A stretch of 49,018 nucleotides of DNA, from positions 1 to 49,018 of the forward strand of contig DLMY01000019.1 in the NCBI GenBank assembly GCA_002478275.1, in the 5' to 3' direction. The notes under the pieces are model-generated. The model did no database searches. It was not told the origin of the DNA and worked only from the letters and a program-made list of their open reading frames with translations. Of this stretch, positions 40,772-49,018 are shown one piece after another. The stretch is from Actinobacteria bacterium UBA7524. GTDB lineage: Bacteria > Actinomycetota > Coriobacteriia > Anaerosomatales > UBA912. The number at the start of each line of letters is the position of its first letter. Within the stretch, counting starts at the first letter, position 1. Made by a program: the position numbers and the translations under genes.

Positions 40772-43700
40772 GTGGCGCGTTCGCCCAAACGGGAGTCGCT
40801 GGCTTCGAATCTCGCGTTGCTGATGTTGCTGGTCGTGACGGTCACGGTCACGGCGGTCAGCGCTGCTGCGCTCACAGGCGTCTTCGACCTGGCCAGTCGT
40901 CAGGCGGGAGCGCGGCAGGCTGCTTACGAGCAGGCGATAACGGGCGAGCTCAGAGTCCGCTTGGACGGTGCTGCTGGCGTCCTGGAGAGGGGTTCCTCGG
41001 TACTGGCGGATGCAAGCGGCCCGGAACTCAACAGAACGGCCTTGGCCGCACAGTACGATGCAGGTGTCGAGTACGTGGACCGGCTGGTGATCGCTGACGC
41101 CGACGGAGTGGTCCTCAGCGGGTATCCGGCTTTCCAGGCTCCGCGTGACGTGTCGAACACGCCCTACCTGGATGCTGCGGATTCGGATGGCGTCTTCGTG
41201 TTCGTTCCAGAGGAAGGCGGGAACCTGTGGATCTCACGACGCGTGAATTCCGCCGCCGGCGAGCTCGTGGTGCTGGTCAGGGTCAGGACGGCATTCCTCG
41301 AACAGCTCGTTGATGAGTTCTCTGACTCCACCGAAGGGCGTATAGCTTTGATCAGCGATGCGCAAGGGGGTCTGGTAGTCGTCGCGCGCTCCGACGATGA
41401 CCTTCGCGAGGGGACCCTGGTATTCGAAGCGGCTGACGAGACGGGCTCCGGTTCGATCACGGGCCGTACTGGTTCTGCGGTACTCCTGTCGGGACGCTAT
41501 GCGGAACTCGAGGGCTATCCGGGCATCGCGTGGCGAGTGGCGGTGCTCGAACCCCGGATGCTCACAGCGGCTGCGACCTGGCGCGCTCTTTCCCCCGCGG
41601 CAGTGGCGCTGATACTCACAAGCGCGCTTGCGGTGATAGCATCATTCGCTTTCGCCAGGCGTATCGTCGCGCCGATCGGTGATTTCGAATTAAGGGCGGG
41701 TGAAGCCGTCGCAGGCGCGTACGTCCGTCAGATATCGTCTGATCGCGCTGACGAACTGGGCAGGGTCGCAGATGCATTCAACGCCATCGCTTTGAGACTG
41801 AACTCCTTGCATGATCTGGCCCAGCTCCTTGCGTCTTCCTCCTCCGTCGATCAGGTACTCGACGGGATACTCTCTGCGATGGGACACATGGTCGGCACGG
41901 CGAGCGTGTCAGTCTTCCTGCTCGACGAAACGGGAGAGCAGCTCGTCCTGGCGCGCAGTCGAGGACTGAACCTGCCTCCGGACCTTGCAGTGCCCCTCGA
42001 TGGCGGAGGTTGGCTCACTGCTGCCATCCAGGCGGGTGGTCCCGTCAGCTTCGCCGGAGACGTCGACTCAGGTCACTCCTTGTTCCCCGGTGGATCCGAC
42101 CTGTACTACGGCACGGGACTGGCCGCGCCGCTCATGGTTGGCCTCGATCCGTTGGGCGTGATCGTCGTCGTTGAATCCGAGCGCAGGGAGTTCACTCAGG
42201 CCGAAGTGGAGATGGTCAGGACGTTCTCCGCACAAGCGGCCGTAGCCGTTCATAATTCGAGACTCTTCGAGTTCGAAAGCGCGTCACGCAAGGAGGCCGA
42301 GGCGCTGCGTGACGTCGCGGAGCGTCTCGCCACCCCGCGCGAGCTCGAGGCCTCGTTCCTGTCGGTGATGGATGTGGCGTGCGACCTGTTCGATGCTTCG
42401 CATGCGACGATCGCGTTCGTCGATCGCGCCACCTACGGCCTGGCCCCGGCCCAGGACGCTCTGAGTGAGAGGGTCATGCTGCGCGCCTGGGAAGACGCCT
42501 GGGAGCGAGGCGACGGGGACACCGTCTTGCGTGTGCTCCGCGGGGACGGTGACGACACCGATCGGATGCTCGACAGTCTCGACGCCGAGGAAGCCCTGGT
42601 ACTTACGGTCACTCGCTCGGGAGAACCCGGGGCGATCGTCATGCTCGTCCCCGAGGAACCAGACAGGCCGATCGGTGGCAGACTCAGGGCGAGAGCAGAA
42701 GCGTTGTGTAACGAACTCGCGCTTGCGCTGGATAACGCTTTTCACTACGCGCAAGCCCGTTCGCGCGCGGTCAACCTTGAGACGGTGTTTCGCATCTCGC
42801 AGGCGGTGAGTTCCTCCCTTCAGATCAAGGTCGTCTTGAACCGCGTCCTCGATGTCGTCCAGAAGATCTTCACCGCCGATGCGGTAGCGTTGATGGAGTA
42901 CGACGAGGCCAGGCAGTTGGTCTCGACGGTGATGGCTCGAGGCTTGATCTCCAGCGAGATCCTTCACTATGAATGTCAACCCGGGGAAGGGGTCGTCGGA
43001 CATGTGTTCAGCGTGGGTGAGCCTGTGAAGCTTGACGACATATCCGATACCACCGATGGATTGGCGGCGGCCGGGTTCGAGCAAGGACTGATGTCGATGC
43101 TGTCGGTCCCGCTCCTCGCGCGCGGCCGCAGCCTGGGTGTGCTGACGGTCTTCTCTGTTCAGCCCGCAGCCTTCAGCGAGGAGGACATGGGTCTCCTTCA
43201 TACGTTCGCGTCGCAGGCCGCGCTCGCGATCGATACCGCCGCGCTCTACGAGAAGGAGCATCATGTCGCCTCGGTGCTCCAATCGAGCATTCTCCCGCAG
43301 GTGCTGCCCGAGTTCGACGAGATCCAGGCCGCCAGCGTCTACCTTCCCGCCGGTCAGGAGGCCGAGATCGGCGGGGACTACTTCGACCTGTTCAGGCGTG
43401 CCGATGGTGTGATCGCATTCGCGATCGGTGATGTCTGTGGGAAGGGCGTCGAGGCGGCCACGAAGACCTCGATGCTGAAGTACTCGGTCCGCGCATTCCT
43501 GACAGCCGGGTTCGGACCGGCAGAGACGCTACGGGAAGTGAACCGCATGATCGCAGAGTCCGGGCAGACGAGCGACATCGTCACACTGTGGGTGGGTGCC
43601 CTCGACGTGGAGGAGGGCACCTTGCGCTTCGCGAACGGGGGTCATCCACCCGCACTGATCCTTCGTCAAGAAACGGGCGAGATCGAGCGTCTTGAGACAA

Positions 43701-43996
43701 CGGGACCGCTGTTGGGGGCGTTGGATTCAGCAGCGTACGATGAGATCACCACGACCATCGCGGAAGGTGACACCGTGATGCTGTACACGGATGGCGTCAC
43801 CGAGGCCCGACGTGGGAATAAGTTCTTTGGTGAAGGAAGAGTGCGGCGCGCGCTCTCGGGTGGAGGCGAACCGGCTGTGGTGGTCGATCGACTCCTCAGT
43901 TCACTCGACACGTTCGCGCCAGGCAATCTGCGAGACGATGCGGCGGTCCTGGCCGTGCGCTTCAAGAGCGGGCGCAGTTCGAATCAGGAAACCTGA
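40772..43996 (+). CDS. Membrane sensor phosphatase: extracellular (Cache-like) - HAMP - multiple GAF - SpoIIE (RsbU-like)
   Basis: Two TM helices, HAMP (DELGRVADAFN), GAF repeats (FSAQAAVA, FASQAALA), PP2C GGDYFD, GDVCGKG, GGHPP, TDGVTEAR, RDD. Confidence 0.92.
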   Translation: MARSPKRESLASNLALLMLLVVTVTVTAVSAAALTGVFDLASRQAGARQAAYEQAITGELRVRLDGAAGVLERGSSVLADASGPELNRTALAAQYDAGVEYVDRLVIADADGVVLSGYPAFQAPRDVSNTPYLDAADSDGVFVFVPEEGGNLWISRRVNSAAGELVVLVRVRTAFLEQLVDEFSDSTEGRIALISDAQGGLVVVARSDDDLREGTLVFEAADETGSGSITGRTGSAVLLSGRYAELEGYPGIAWRVAVLEPRMLTAAATWRALSPAAVALILTSALAVIASFAFARRIVAPIGDFELRAGEAVAGAYVRQISSDRADELGRVADAFNAIALRLNSLHDLAQLLASSSSVDQVLDGILSAMGHMVGTASVSVFLLDETGEQLVLARSRGLNLPPDLAVPLDGGGWLTAAIQAGGPVSFAGDVDSGHSLFPGGSDLYYGTGLAAPLMVGLDPLGVIVVVESERREFTQAEVEMVRTFSAQAAVAVHNSRLFEFESASRKEAEALRDVAERLATPRELEASFLSVMDVACDLFDASHATIAFVDRATYGLAPAQDALSERVMLRAWEDAWERGDGDTVLRVLRGDGDDTDRMLDSLDAEEALVLTVTRSGEPGAIVMLVPEEPDRPIGGRLRARAEALCNELALALDNAFHYAQARSRAVNLETVFRISQAVSSSLQIKVVLNRVLDVVQKIFTADAVALMEYDEARQLVSTVMARGLISSEILHYECQPGEGVVGHVFSVGEPVKLDDISDTTDGLAAAGFEQGLMSMLSVPLLARGRSLGVLTVFSVQPAAFSEEDMGLLHTFASQAALAIDTAALYEKEHHVASVLQSSILPQVLPEFDEIQAASVYLPAGQEAEIGGDYFDLFRRADGVIAFAIGDVCGKGVEAATKTSMLKYSVRAFLTAGFGPAETLREVNRMIAESGQTSDIVTLWVGALDVEEGTLRFANGGHPPALILRQETGEIERLETTGPLLGALDSAAYDEITTTIAEGDTVMLYTDGVTEARRGNKFFGEGRVRRALSGGGEPAVVVDRLLSSLDTFAPGNLRDDAAVLAVRFKSGRSSNQET

Positions 43997-44024
43997 GTAT
44001 TGCCATGAGACCAGGAAGGCTGGA

Positions 44025-44807
44025 ATGGCGTTCACGATCGAGCGATACGAAGACCTCAAGGCCGGTGTATGCCGCATCGATGGAGACATCGACAGCGCCG
44101 TCGCGCCTGCGCTGCAAGAGGCACTGGAGAGCCTGATAGACACGGGGTTCGTGAACATCGTTCTTGATGTCTCGCGCGTGGTGTATGCGGATTCGGCCGC
44201 CCTCAGTCTGCTTGTCGGTCTGGACAGGCGGTTGCGTGAGAGTGACGGGAAGGTCGTCCTGGCGGGTGCGAGCCGCAACATGCGTCGTGTACTCGAGATC
44301 TCGAGGATAGTCTCCGTGGCGCCGACCCTGTGCTCGAGCGACGACGTGATGGGCGCTCTGGAGAAGTTCGAACCCGCAGAGGCGAGCGCTCCCGAGCTGT
44401 GGTCGAGGGAGATAGGGCTGCATGCGGGGATAGAGGACCTGGCATCTGTGCGGGAGCAGGTCTGCGAGTTGGTTATGCCGCTGCACTTCTCCGAAGCGGC
44501 TCTGTTCGACATCCGGGTCGCCTTGGGCGAGGCGCTCGCGAATGCGGTACGTCACGGCTCGGCCGATTCTCGCGGCGACATTCGAATAGTGGTTCGTGCA
44601 CACGAAGACCGCGTTGTGATCGAGGTCATCGATTCGGGTTCAGGATTCAGCGGGGAGCATGTCTGCAGTGATGATCTGTACGCATCCGGGGGTCGAGGGA
44701 TCATGTTCATGCGTGCGCTGATGGACCAGGTGATGTTCTCGCCGGGCGAGGGGGGCGGGACCGTGGTGACCTTGGTCAAGCACCGCACCGCTGCGGAGCA
44801 GTCATGA
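44025..44807 (+). CDS. Fused STAS (anti-anti-sigma) and RsbW-like serine kinase (anti-sigma) protein
   Basis: STAS GDID...LDVSRVVYADSAAL; kinase EALANAVRHG, DSGSGF, GGRGI. Confidence 0.88.
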   Translation: MAFTIERYEDLKAGVCRIDGDIDSAVAPALQEALESLIDTGFVNIVLDVSRVVYADSAALSLLVGLDRRLRESDGKVVLAGASRNMRRVLEISRIVSVAPTLCSSDDVMGALEKFEPAEASAPELWSREIGLHAGIEDLASVREQVCELVMPLHFSEAALFDIRVALGEALANAVRHGSADSRGDIRIVVRAHEDRVVIEVIDSGSGFSGEHVCSDDLYASGGRGIMFMRALMDQVMFSPGEGGGTVVTLVKHRTAAEQS

Positions 44808-44847
44808 GCCACGGCATGGATCCACTCAGCGCATCGGCCATTCGCTC

Positions 44848-45990
44848 ATGATCATGAACAGCAAGAGGCGGATCCTGCTGCTTGGCACCTCCTTCGGCGG
44901 GGGATACCGTATGGTCGCAGAAGCGATCGCCAGCTACCTGAGCGATCATCACGCTGACGCCGTGGAGACCCTGAGCGCTGATCTCCTGGCCCGTTTCGCG
45001 CCCAGTCTGAACGTACTGGCGAAGTTCGCATACCAGCAGCCGGCTACGTTCTTCCCTGCGGGAGAGGGGACGCTTCAGGACCTGTGCGAGAGCCTCCCGG
45101 ATGATCCGGTGGCGGTCGAGCTGGCGACAGGGACGTGCGTTGCGGGTCTGCGGTCTCTCGTCACCGAATACGCGCCCGATGCGGTAGTCTCCACCTTCCC
45201 GCTGGCCGGCATGGTGGCCGCCGAGGCGAGTAGCGGGGCCGGACCACTTCTGGTCACCGTGGTGCCTGGCTACGGGGCGAAGAGCGCGTGGTTGCATCCC
45301 GCCACGGACATGTACTTCGTCGCGTGCAAGGAGGCACGAGAGGATCTGGTCGTACGTGGTGTTCCGTGGCAACAGGTGGTGGTGTCGGGGGTACCGGTCC
45401 GCGAGACCTTCGCCCGCGAGGTGGACAGGAAGCAGGCACGGAGCGCATTCGCCATGGCAGACAGGTTCAGCGCACTGGTGACTCACGCCGCAGGCGCTGC
45501 CGCTGACGTCGAGGAGATCGCTGCGCGGATCGCGTCCATCGGCGTGCAAGTCGCGATCGTAGCGGGCGACAATGAACGGCTGCTCAAGCGACTCGAGTCA
45601 CGCAGCGCGCAAGGCGACCTCCTGAGAGTGTTCGGTTTCGTGGACGATATGCGTACAATGATGGGGGCGGTCGATGTGGCCGTTGCCAAGGCAGGAGGGC
45701 TAGGGGTGTTCGAAACCGTCGCTGCAGGATTGCCGCTGATACTCCACGGCTCTGTGTCCGGTTTCGAGTCGACGAACGTAGACTTCCTCGTCAACTCCGG
45801 CGCTGCCTTGCTGGCCAGGGACAGCGACGATGTGGTGGAGAAGGTCCGTTTCCTGTCGACACATTCGGATCGGCTCGCTCAGATGTCGGTGAACGCGGCT
45901 GCTGTGGGGCATCCTGCTTCCACTCAGGTCGTGTGCGAGAGAGTGCTGGCGGCGCTCAGGGAGCGTGACAGCCAGGTGGGAGGTTCCTGA
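44848..45990 (+). CDS. MGDG synthase/UgtP-like GT28 glycosyltransferase (degenerate motifs)
   Basis: TSFGGGY, PDAVVSTFP, WLHP..D.YFVA, SGVPVR..F, FGFVDDM..MM, KAGG; start may be 44854. Confidence 0.82.
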   Translation: MIMNSKRRILLLGTSFGGGYRMVAEAIASYLSDHHADAVETLSADLLARFAPSLNVLAKFAYQQPATFFPAGEGTLQDLCESLPDDPVAVELATGTCVAGLRSLVTEYAPDAVVSTFPLAGMVAAEASSGAGPLLVTVVPGYGAKSAWLHPATDMYFVACKEAREDLVVRGVPWQQVVVSGVPVRETFAREVDRKQARSAFAMADRFSALVTHAAGAAADVEEIAARIASIGVQVAIVAGDNERLLKRLESRSAQGDLLRVFGFVDDMRTMMGAVDVAVAKAGGLGVFETVAAGLPLILHGSVSGFESTNVDFLVNSGAALLARDSDDVVEKVRFLSTHSDRLAQMSVNAAAVGHPASTQVVCERVLAALRERDSQVGGS

Positions 45991-46559
45991 TGGACTTCTT
46001 CGAAGTGGTCAAGTCCAGGCGATCGGTGCGGATGTACCGCCCGGACGCGGTGCCGCGAGAACTGCTCGATAAGATGTTCGAAGCTGCATCGTGCGCGCCT
46101 TCAGCGATGAACGAGCAGCCGTGGCGGTACTACGTCGCAACGGGCGAGAGCCGCAGACGACTGGGCGAGATCATGGTGCAGGGGACCCACTATCTCGAGG
46201 AGTACATGGCGGTCATCGGTCACGATCTCGATGACCAGCTTCTTCACTGGTACACCGAACTCGGTGGCGCTCCTGTCGTCATCGCTGCCACGATGCCGCG
46301 CGTCGACGATGAGTTCATGAGGCTCAACAAGCATCTGTCTGTCGGTGCATCGATACAGAACCTTCTGCTCGCGGCAAGGGACCTGGGTCTGGGTGCCTGC
46401 AATCTCACCTTCTCTTACTGGGTCAGCGATGAGATCGCCAAGCTGCTGGGAGTGCCGGAGGATCGCGTGATCATCGCCCTCATCTCCGTGGGATACCCCG
46501 CGGACGGGCCGGTGGCTGTGGCAGAGCGCGAGCACGACATAGCTTGCTACCTGGACTAG
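45990..46559 (+). CDS. Nitroreductase family protein
   Basis: RRSVRMY, APSAMNEQPW, QNLLLAARDLGLGAC, ISVGYP. Confidence 0.93.
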   Translation: MDFFEVVKSRRSVRMYRPDAVPRELLDKMFEAASCAPSAMNEQPWRYYVATGESRRRLGEIMVQGTHYLEEYMAVIGHDLDDQLLHWYTELGGAPVVIAATMPRVDDEFMRLNKHLSVGASIQNLLLAARDLGLGACNLTFSYWVSDEIAKLLGVPEDRVIIALISVGYPADGPVAVAEREHDIACYLD

Positions 46560-46563
46560 GATC

Positions 46564-47268
46564 ATGAACCTCAGGGCGGTCTTCTTCGACGTAGGGAACA
46601 CGATGCTGTTTCCGTACCCGAGCGTTTCGGAAGTCTGCAGGCAGATACTCAGCAGGGCGGGACATGACAGGGACCTCGCCGCCATAGAGTCGCTGATGCC
46701 TCTGGTCGACGCCTACTACGAGGATCGTTATCGCGAGGACGACACGTTCTGGACCGACGAGGGTGAGACGAGCGGGGTCTGGGTAGGGATGTACTCACTA
46801 CTGGCCCGGAAGCTGGATATCGAGGAAGACGCCGAGACCATAGCCAGAGCGGTCTACGATGAGTTCGGGCGCCCCGACCGTTGGCGCGCTTACGATGATG
46901 TGGTGCCGGCCATCACGCGGCTCAAGAGGTCGGGCCTGAAACTGGGCGTCATATCGAACTGGGACAGCCGTCTGATGACCCTGCTTGAAGGAATCGGTCT
47001 GGCGTCGCACTTCGATACCGTGGTCTCCTCGGCGGACGTCGGTCTGCACAAGCCCGATCCCAGGATATTCGAGCTCGCATGTGACAGGGTCGGCGTCGAG
47101 CCTGCGGATGCGGCGCACGTCGGCGATCACCACTACGCGGACGTGCTCGGCGCGTCCGCAGCAGGGATGGTGCCGGTCCTGATCGAGAGGCACGATGGTC
47201 CGGGCAACGGGCGCAGTATCCACACCCTGGATGCGCTGGAGGCGCATCTGGGGCTGTGCGGGCTGTGA
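46564..47268 (+). CDS. HAD-IA family hydrolase
   Basis: FFDVGNT, VISNWD, KPDPRIF, HVGD...DVLGA. Confidence 0.93.
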   Translation: MNLRAVFFDVGNTMLFPYPSVSEVCRQILSRAGHDRDLAAIESLMPLVDAYYEDRYREDDTFWTDEGETSGVWVGMYSLLARKLDIEEDAETIARAVYDEFGRPDRWRAYDDVVPAITRLKRSGLKLGVISNWDSRLMTLLEGIGLASHFDTVVSSADVGLHKPDPRIFELACDRVGVEPADAAHVGDHHYADVLGASAAGMVPVLIERHDGPGNGRSIHTLDALEAHLGLCGL

Positions 47269-47279
47269 AGGGGACACAC

Positions 47280-48974
47280 ATGCACCGGTCGTTCGCATGG
47301 ATAACAGGAGCCGTCGCGCTGGTACTCAGCGTAGCAGCGGCGGCCGGTGCCTATCAGCTCGCCGGATACTCGTGGGACCAGGTGGTCTCTTACGAGTCGC
47401 CTTTCGCCGATCCGGAGCGCCCGTGGACTGAGGACGGGGCACCGATACCGGCCGTGGAGTCCAGTATCACCCCGCGCGTCGTGCTCGTGATCGTGGACGG
47501 GCTGCGTCTCGATGTTGCGGACTCGATGCCTCAGCTTGCGACGTTGCGGCAGTACGGCGCTGACATGATCGCGGTGACCGCGCAACCGTCACTGTCCTAC
47601 CCGACCTGGACTACGATCCTATCGGGAGCTTCTCCGGATATCTCCGGCGTCACCACGAATTGGTTCGATGGCCCTGTGCCGGTGGAGACACTGATCGACT
47701 CGGCTCTATCCGCCGGTCTGACCGTCGGCGTCTCGGCGCCAGACGACTTCGTGACACTGTACGAGGCCGACAGGGCGCAGGCGACCTTCTTTCGCGAGTG
47801 GACGAAGGAGTACATGACGTCCACGTACGTTGAGCAGGCGATCTCCATCGCGCGAGACGACGAGCCCTCTCTGCTGGTCATCCATGCACCTGACGTGGAC
47901 GAGGCTGGCCACGATCACGGCGGAATCTCCGAGGAGTACCTGGAGACGGCTGGTCGCGTCGGAGCGGACATAGCCACCCTCGTCGAGGCTCTGCAAGACG
48001 ACCGGACGCTCTTCGTCATCACAGCCGATCACGGCCACATCGACGCTGGGGGCCATGGTGGCTGGGAGCAGTCCGTGACGCAGGTGCCGGCGCTGTTCCT
48101 GGGTCCTCCTGCTTCACTGGAGCGCGGACAGATCGAACAGGTCGATATCGCGCCGACGATCGCGGCGTACCTGGGCATCGATGTCCCGATGCATGCACAG
48201 GGACGTGTACGAGCCGATCTGTTCGGGCCCGGACAGCTGGATGATGAGGCCGGTGAGGCTCAGGCGAGTTCGTTCGCGGTACGCTATGTCACTCGGTCCG
48301 GTATGCCCGTGTCGGTGCTCGGGGACGCCCGGACGCCCGATCAGCTCGCTTCGGCGCTCGCCTCGATCCGCTTCTCACGCCTACAGGAAGAGCGAGCCGA
48401 GCGCCTACCTCAGGCCCTGGCTCTCGGCGGCGTCGCACTGCTTGTGCTCGCGGCACTGTTCGTGTCGTCGTGGCGTGCGGGTCTGGCCGCCGGTGCGGGC
48501 ACGCTGGCTTACTACGCTGTCTACAACGGGCTGTACTTCTGGGTGCGTGGGCACGAATGGTCGCTTTCCGCCTTCAACACCGAAGAGTTCGTCCAGACCT
48601 TCTTCTACATCCGTATGGCTGAGGCCGCGTTCGCTGGGCTGGTGGCCGCGGGTGTCGCAGCGGCGGTCTACCCTCTGTTGCGCAAGGCCCCGAAGGGTCC
48701 GGGAGTCAAGGGGTTCCTCGGCGGATGGCTGACACTCGGACCTGCGACGGTGCTCGCGATCATCGCGACTCTGGCGCTGCAGGTGGCCTGGTTCCTGTGG
48801 GCCTGGGGCGCGGACGTTGTCTGGCGCCTGCCTGACCTGAAGTGGGGCTTCAAGTACGATCTCGACCTGACTCAGGTCACCGCTCTGGGCGCGGCGGCGT
48901 TGCTCGCGCCGGTGGTAACGTACCTGGTCGGGCGGTATCATCCGAGAGTCCGTAACCTATCTGCCGAGGAGTGA
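47280..48974 (+). CDS. Alkaline phosphatase superfamily membrane protein (phosphodiesterase or phosphotransferase-like)
   Basis: N-terminal signal/TM; VIVDGLR, SLSYPTW, DEAGH, TADHGH, GGHGG; several C-terminal TM helices. Confidence 0.85.
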   Translation: MHRSFAWITGAVALVLSVAAAAGAYQLAGYSWDQVVSYESPFADPERPWTEDGAPIPAVESSITPRVVLVIVDGLRLDVADSMPQLATLRQYGADMIAVTAQPSLSYPTWTTILSGASPDISGVTTNWFDGPVPVETLIDSALSAGLTVGVSAPDDFVTLYEADRAQATFFREWTKEYMTSTYVEQAISIARDDEPSLLVIHAPDVDEAGHDHGGISEEYLETAGRVGADIATLVEALQDDRTLFVITADHGHIDAGGHGGWEQSVTQVPALFLGPPASLERGQIEQVDIAPTIAAYLGIDVPMHAQGRVRADLFGPGQLDDEAGEAQASSFAVRYVTRSGMPVSVLGDARTPDQLASALASIRFSRLQEERAERLPQALALGGVALLVLAALFVSSWRAGLAAGAGTLAYYAVYNGLYFWVRGHEWSLSAFNTEEFVQTFFYIRMAEAAFAGLVAAGVAAAVYPLLRKAPKGPGVKGFLGGWLTLGPATVLAIIATLALQVAWFLWAWGADVVWRLPDLKWGFKYDLDLTQVTALGAAALLAPVVTYLVGRYHPRVRNLSAEE

Positions 48975-48982
48975 CATCTTTC

Positions 48983-49018
48983 GTGGCGATCAAAGACCTG
49001 CGCGAGTTCATGACGCTG
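48983..49018 (+). CDS. Start of a probable UbiD-family decarboxylase (3' truncated)
   Basis: GTG-AIKDLREFMTL resembles the UbiD N-terminal xxDLRxFI motif; only 12 codons visible. Confidence 0.5.
   Translation, partial: MAIKDLREFMTL

Noticed and set aside
48978..48993. 16-nt match CTTTCGTGGCGATCAA shared with the gap start (10028-10043)
   Set aside because: Largely explained by both genes starting GTG-GCG-ATC-AA(G/A); no other repeat context
23103..49018. Genomic island integrated at tRNA-Leu
   Set aside because: No integrase, transposase or repeated tRNA 3' end in the window, and no obvious compositional shift by eye

Overview
High-GC chromosomal window from what looks like a metagenome scaffold (three N gaps). 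Gene order (uvrC-rapZ-yvcK-whiA-gap-pgk-tpiA-gpmI-secG) suggests an actinobacterium, possibly Coriobacteriia-like; this is inference. 1-15 kb: uvrA (partial), uvrC and the rapZ-whiA/glycolysis/secG block, with two unknown envelope genes inserted. 15-23 kb: an Opp/Dpp peptide ABC transporter, two bacterial PH-domain membrane proteins and tRNA-Leu(GAG). 23-49 kb: a regulation- and redox-rich accessory region. Main observations: (1) a thioredoxin - FmdB zinc-ribbon - DUF302 operon whose FmdB gene probably encodes a penultimate selenocysteine (CGPGAFT-UGA-Gly-stop followed by a bSECIS-like hairpin); its promoter carries an operator for the neighbouring CsoR-family repressor, which has a CstR (persulfide-sensor) fingerprint; (2) a self-contained sigma54 module (rpoN-sensor kinase-bEBP) with three -24/-12 sites in the window; (3) several apparently degenerate enzymes (radical SAM fold lacking its first Cys, membrane chelatase fold lacking the conserved Glu, GT28 lacking the catalytic His); (4) a partner-switching module with a fused STAS-kinase. 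No mobile elements or CRISPR arrays seen. All family assignments come from motif recognition by eye; no searches were run.
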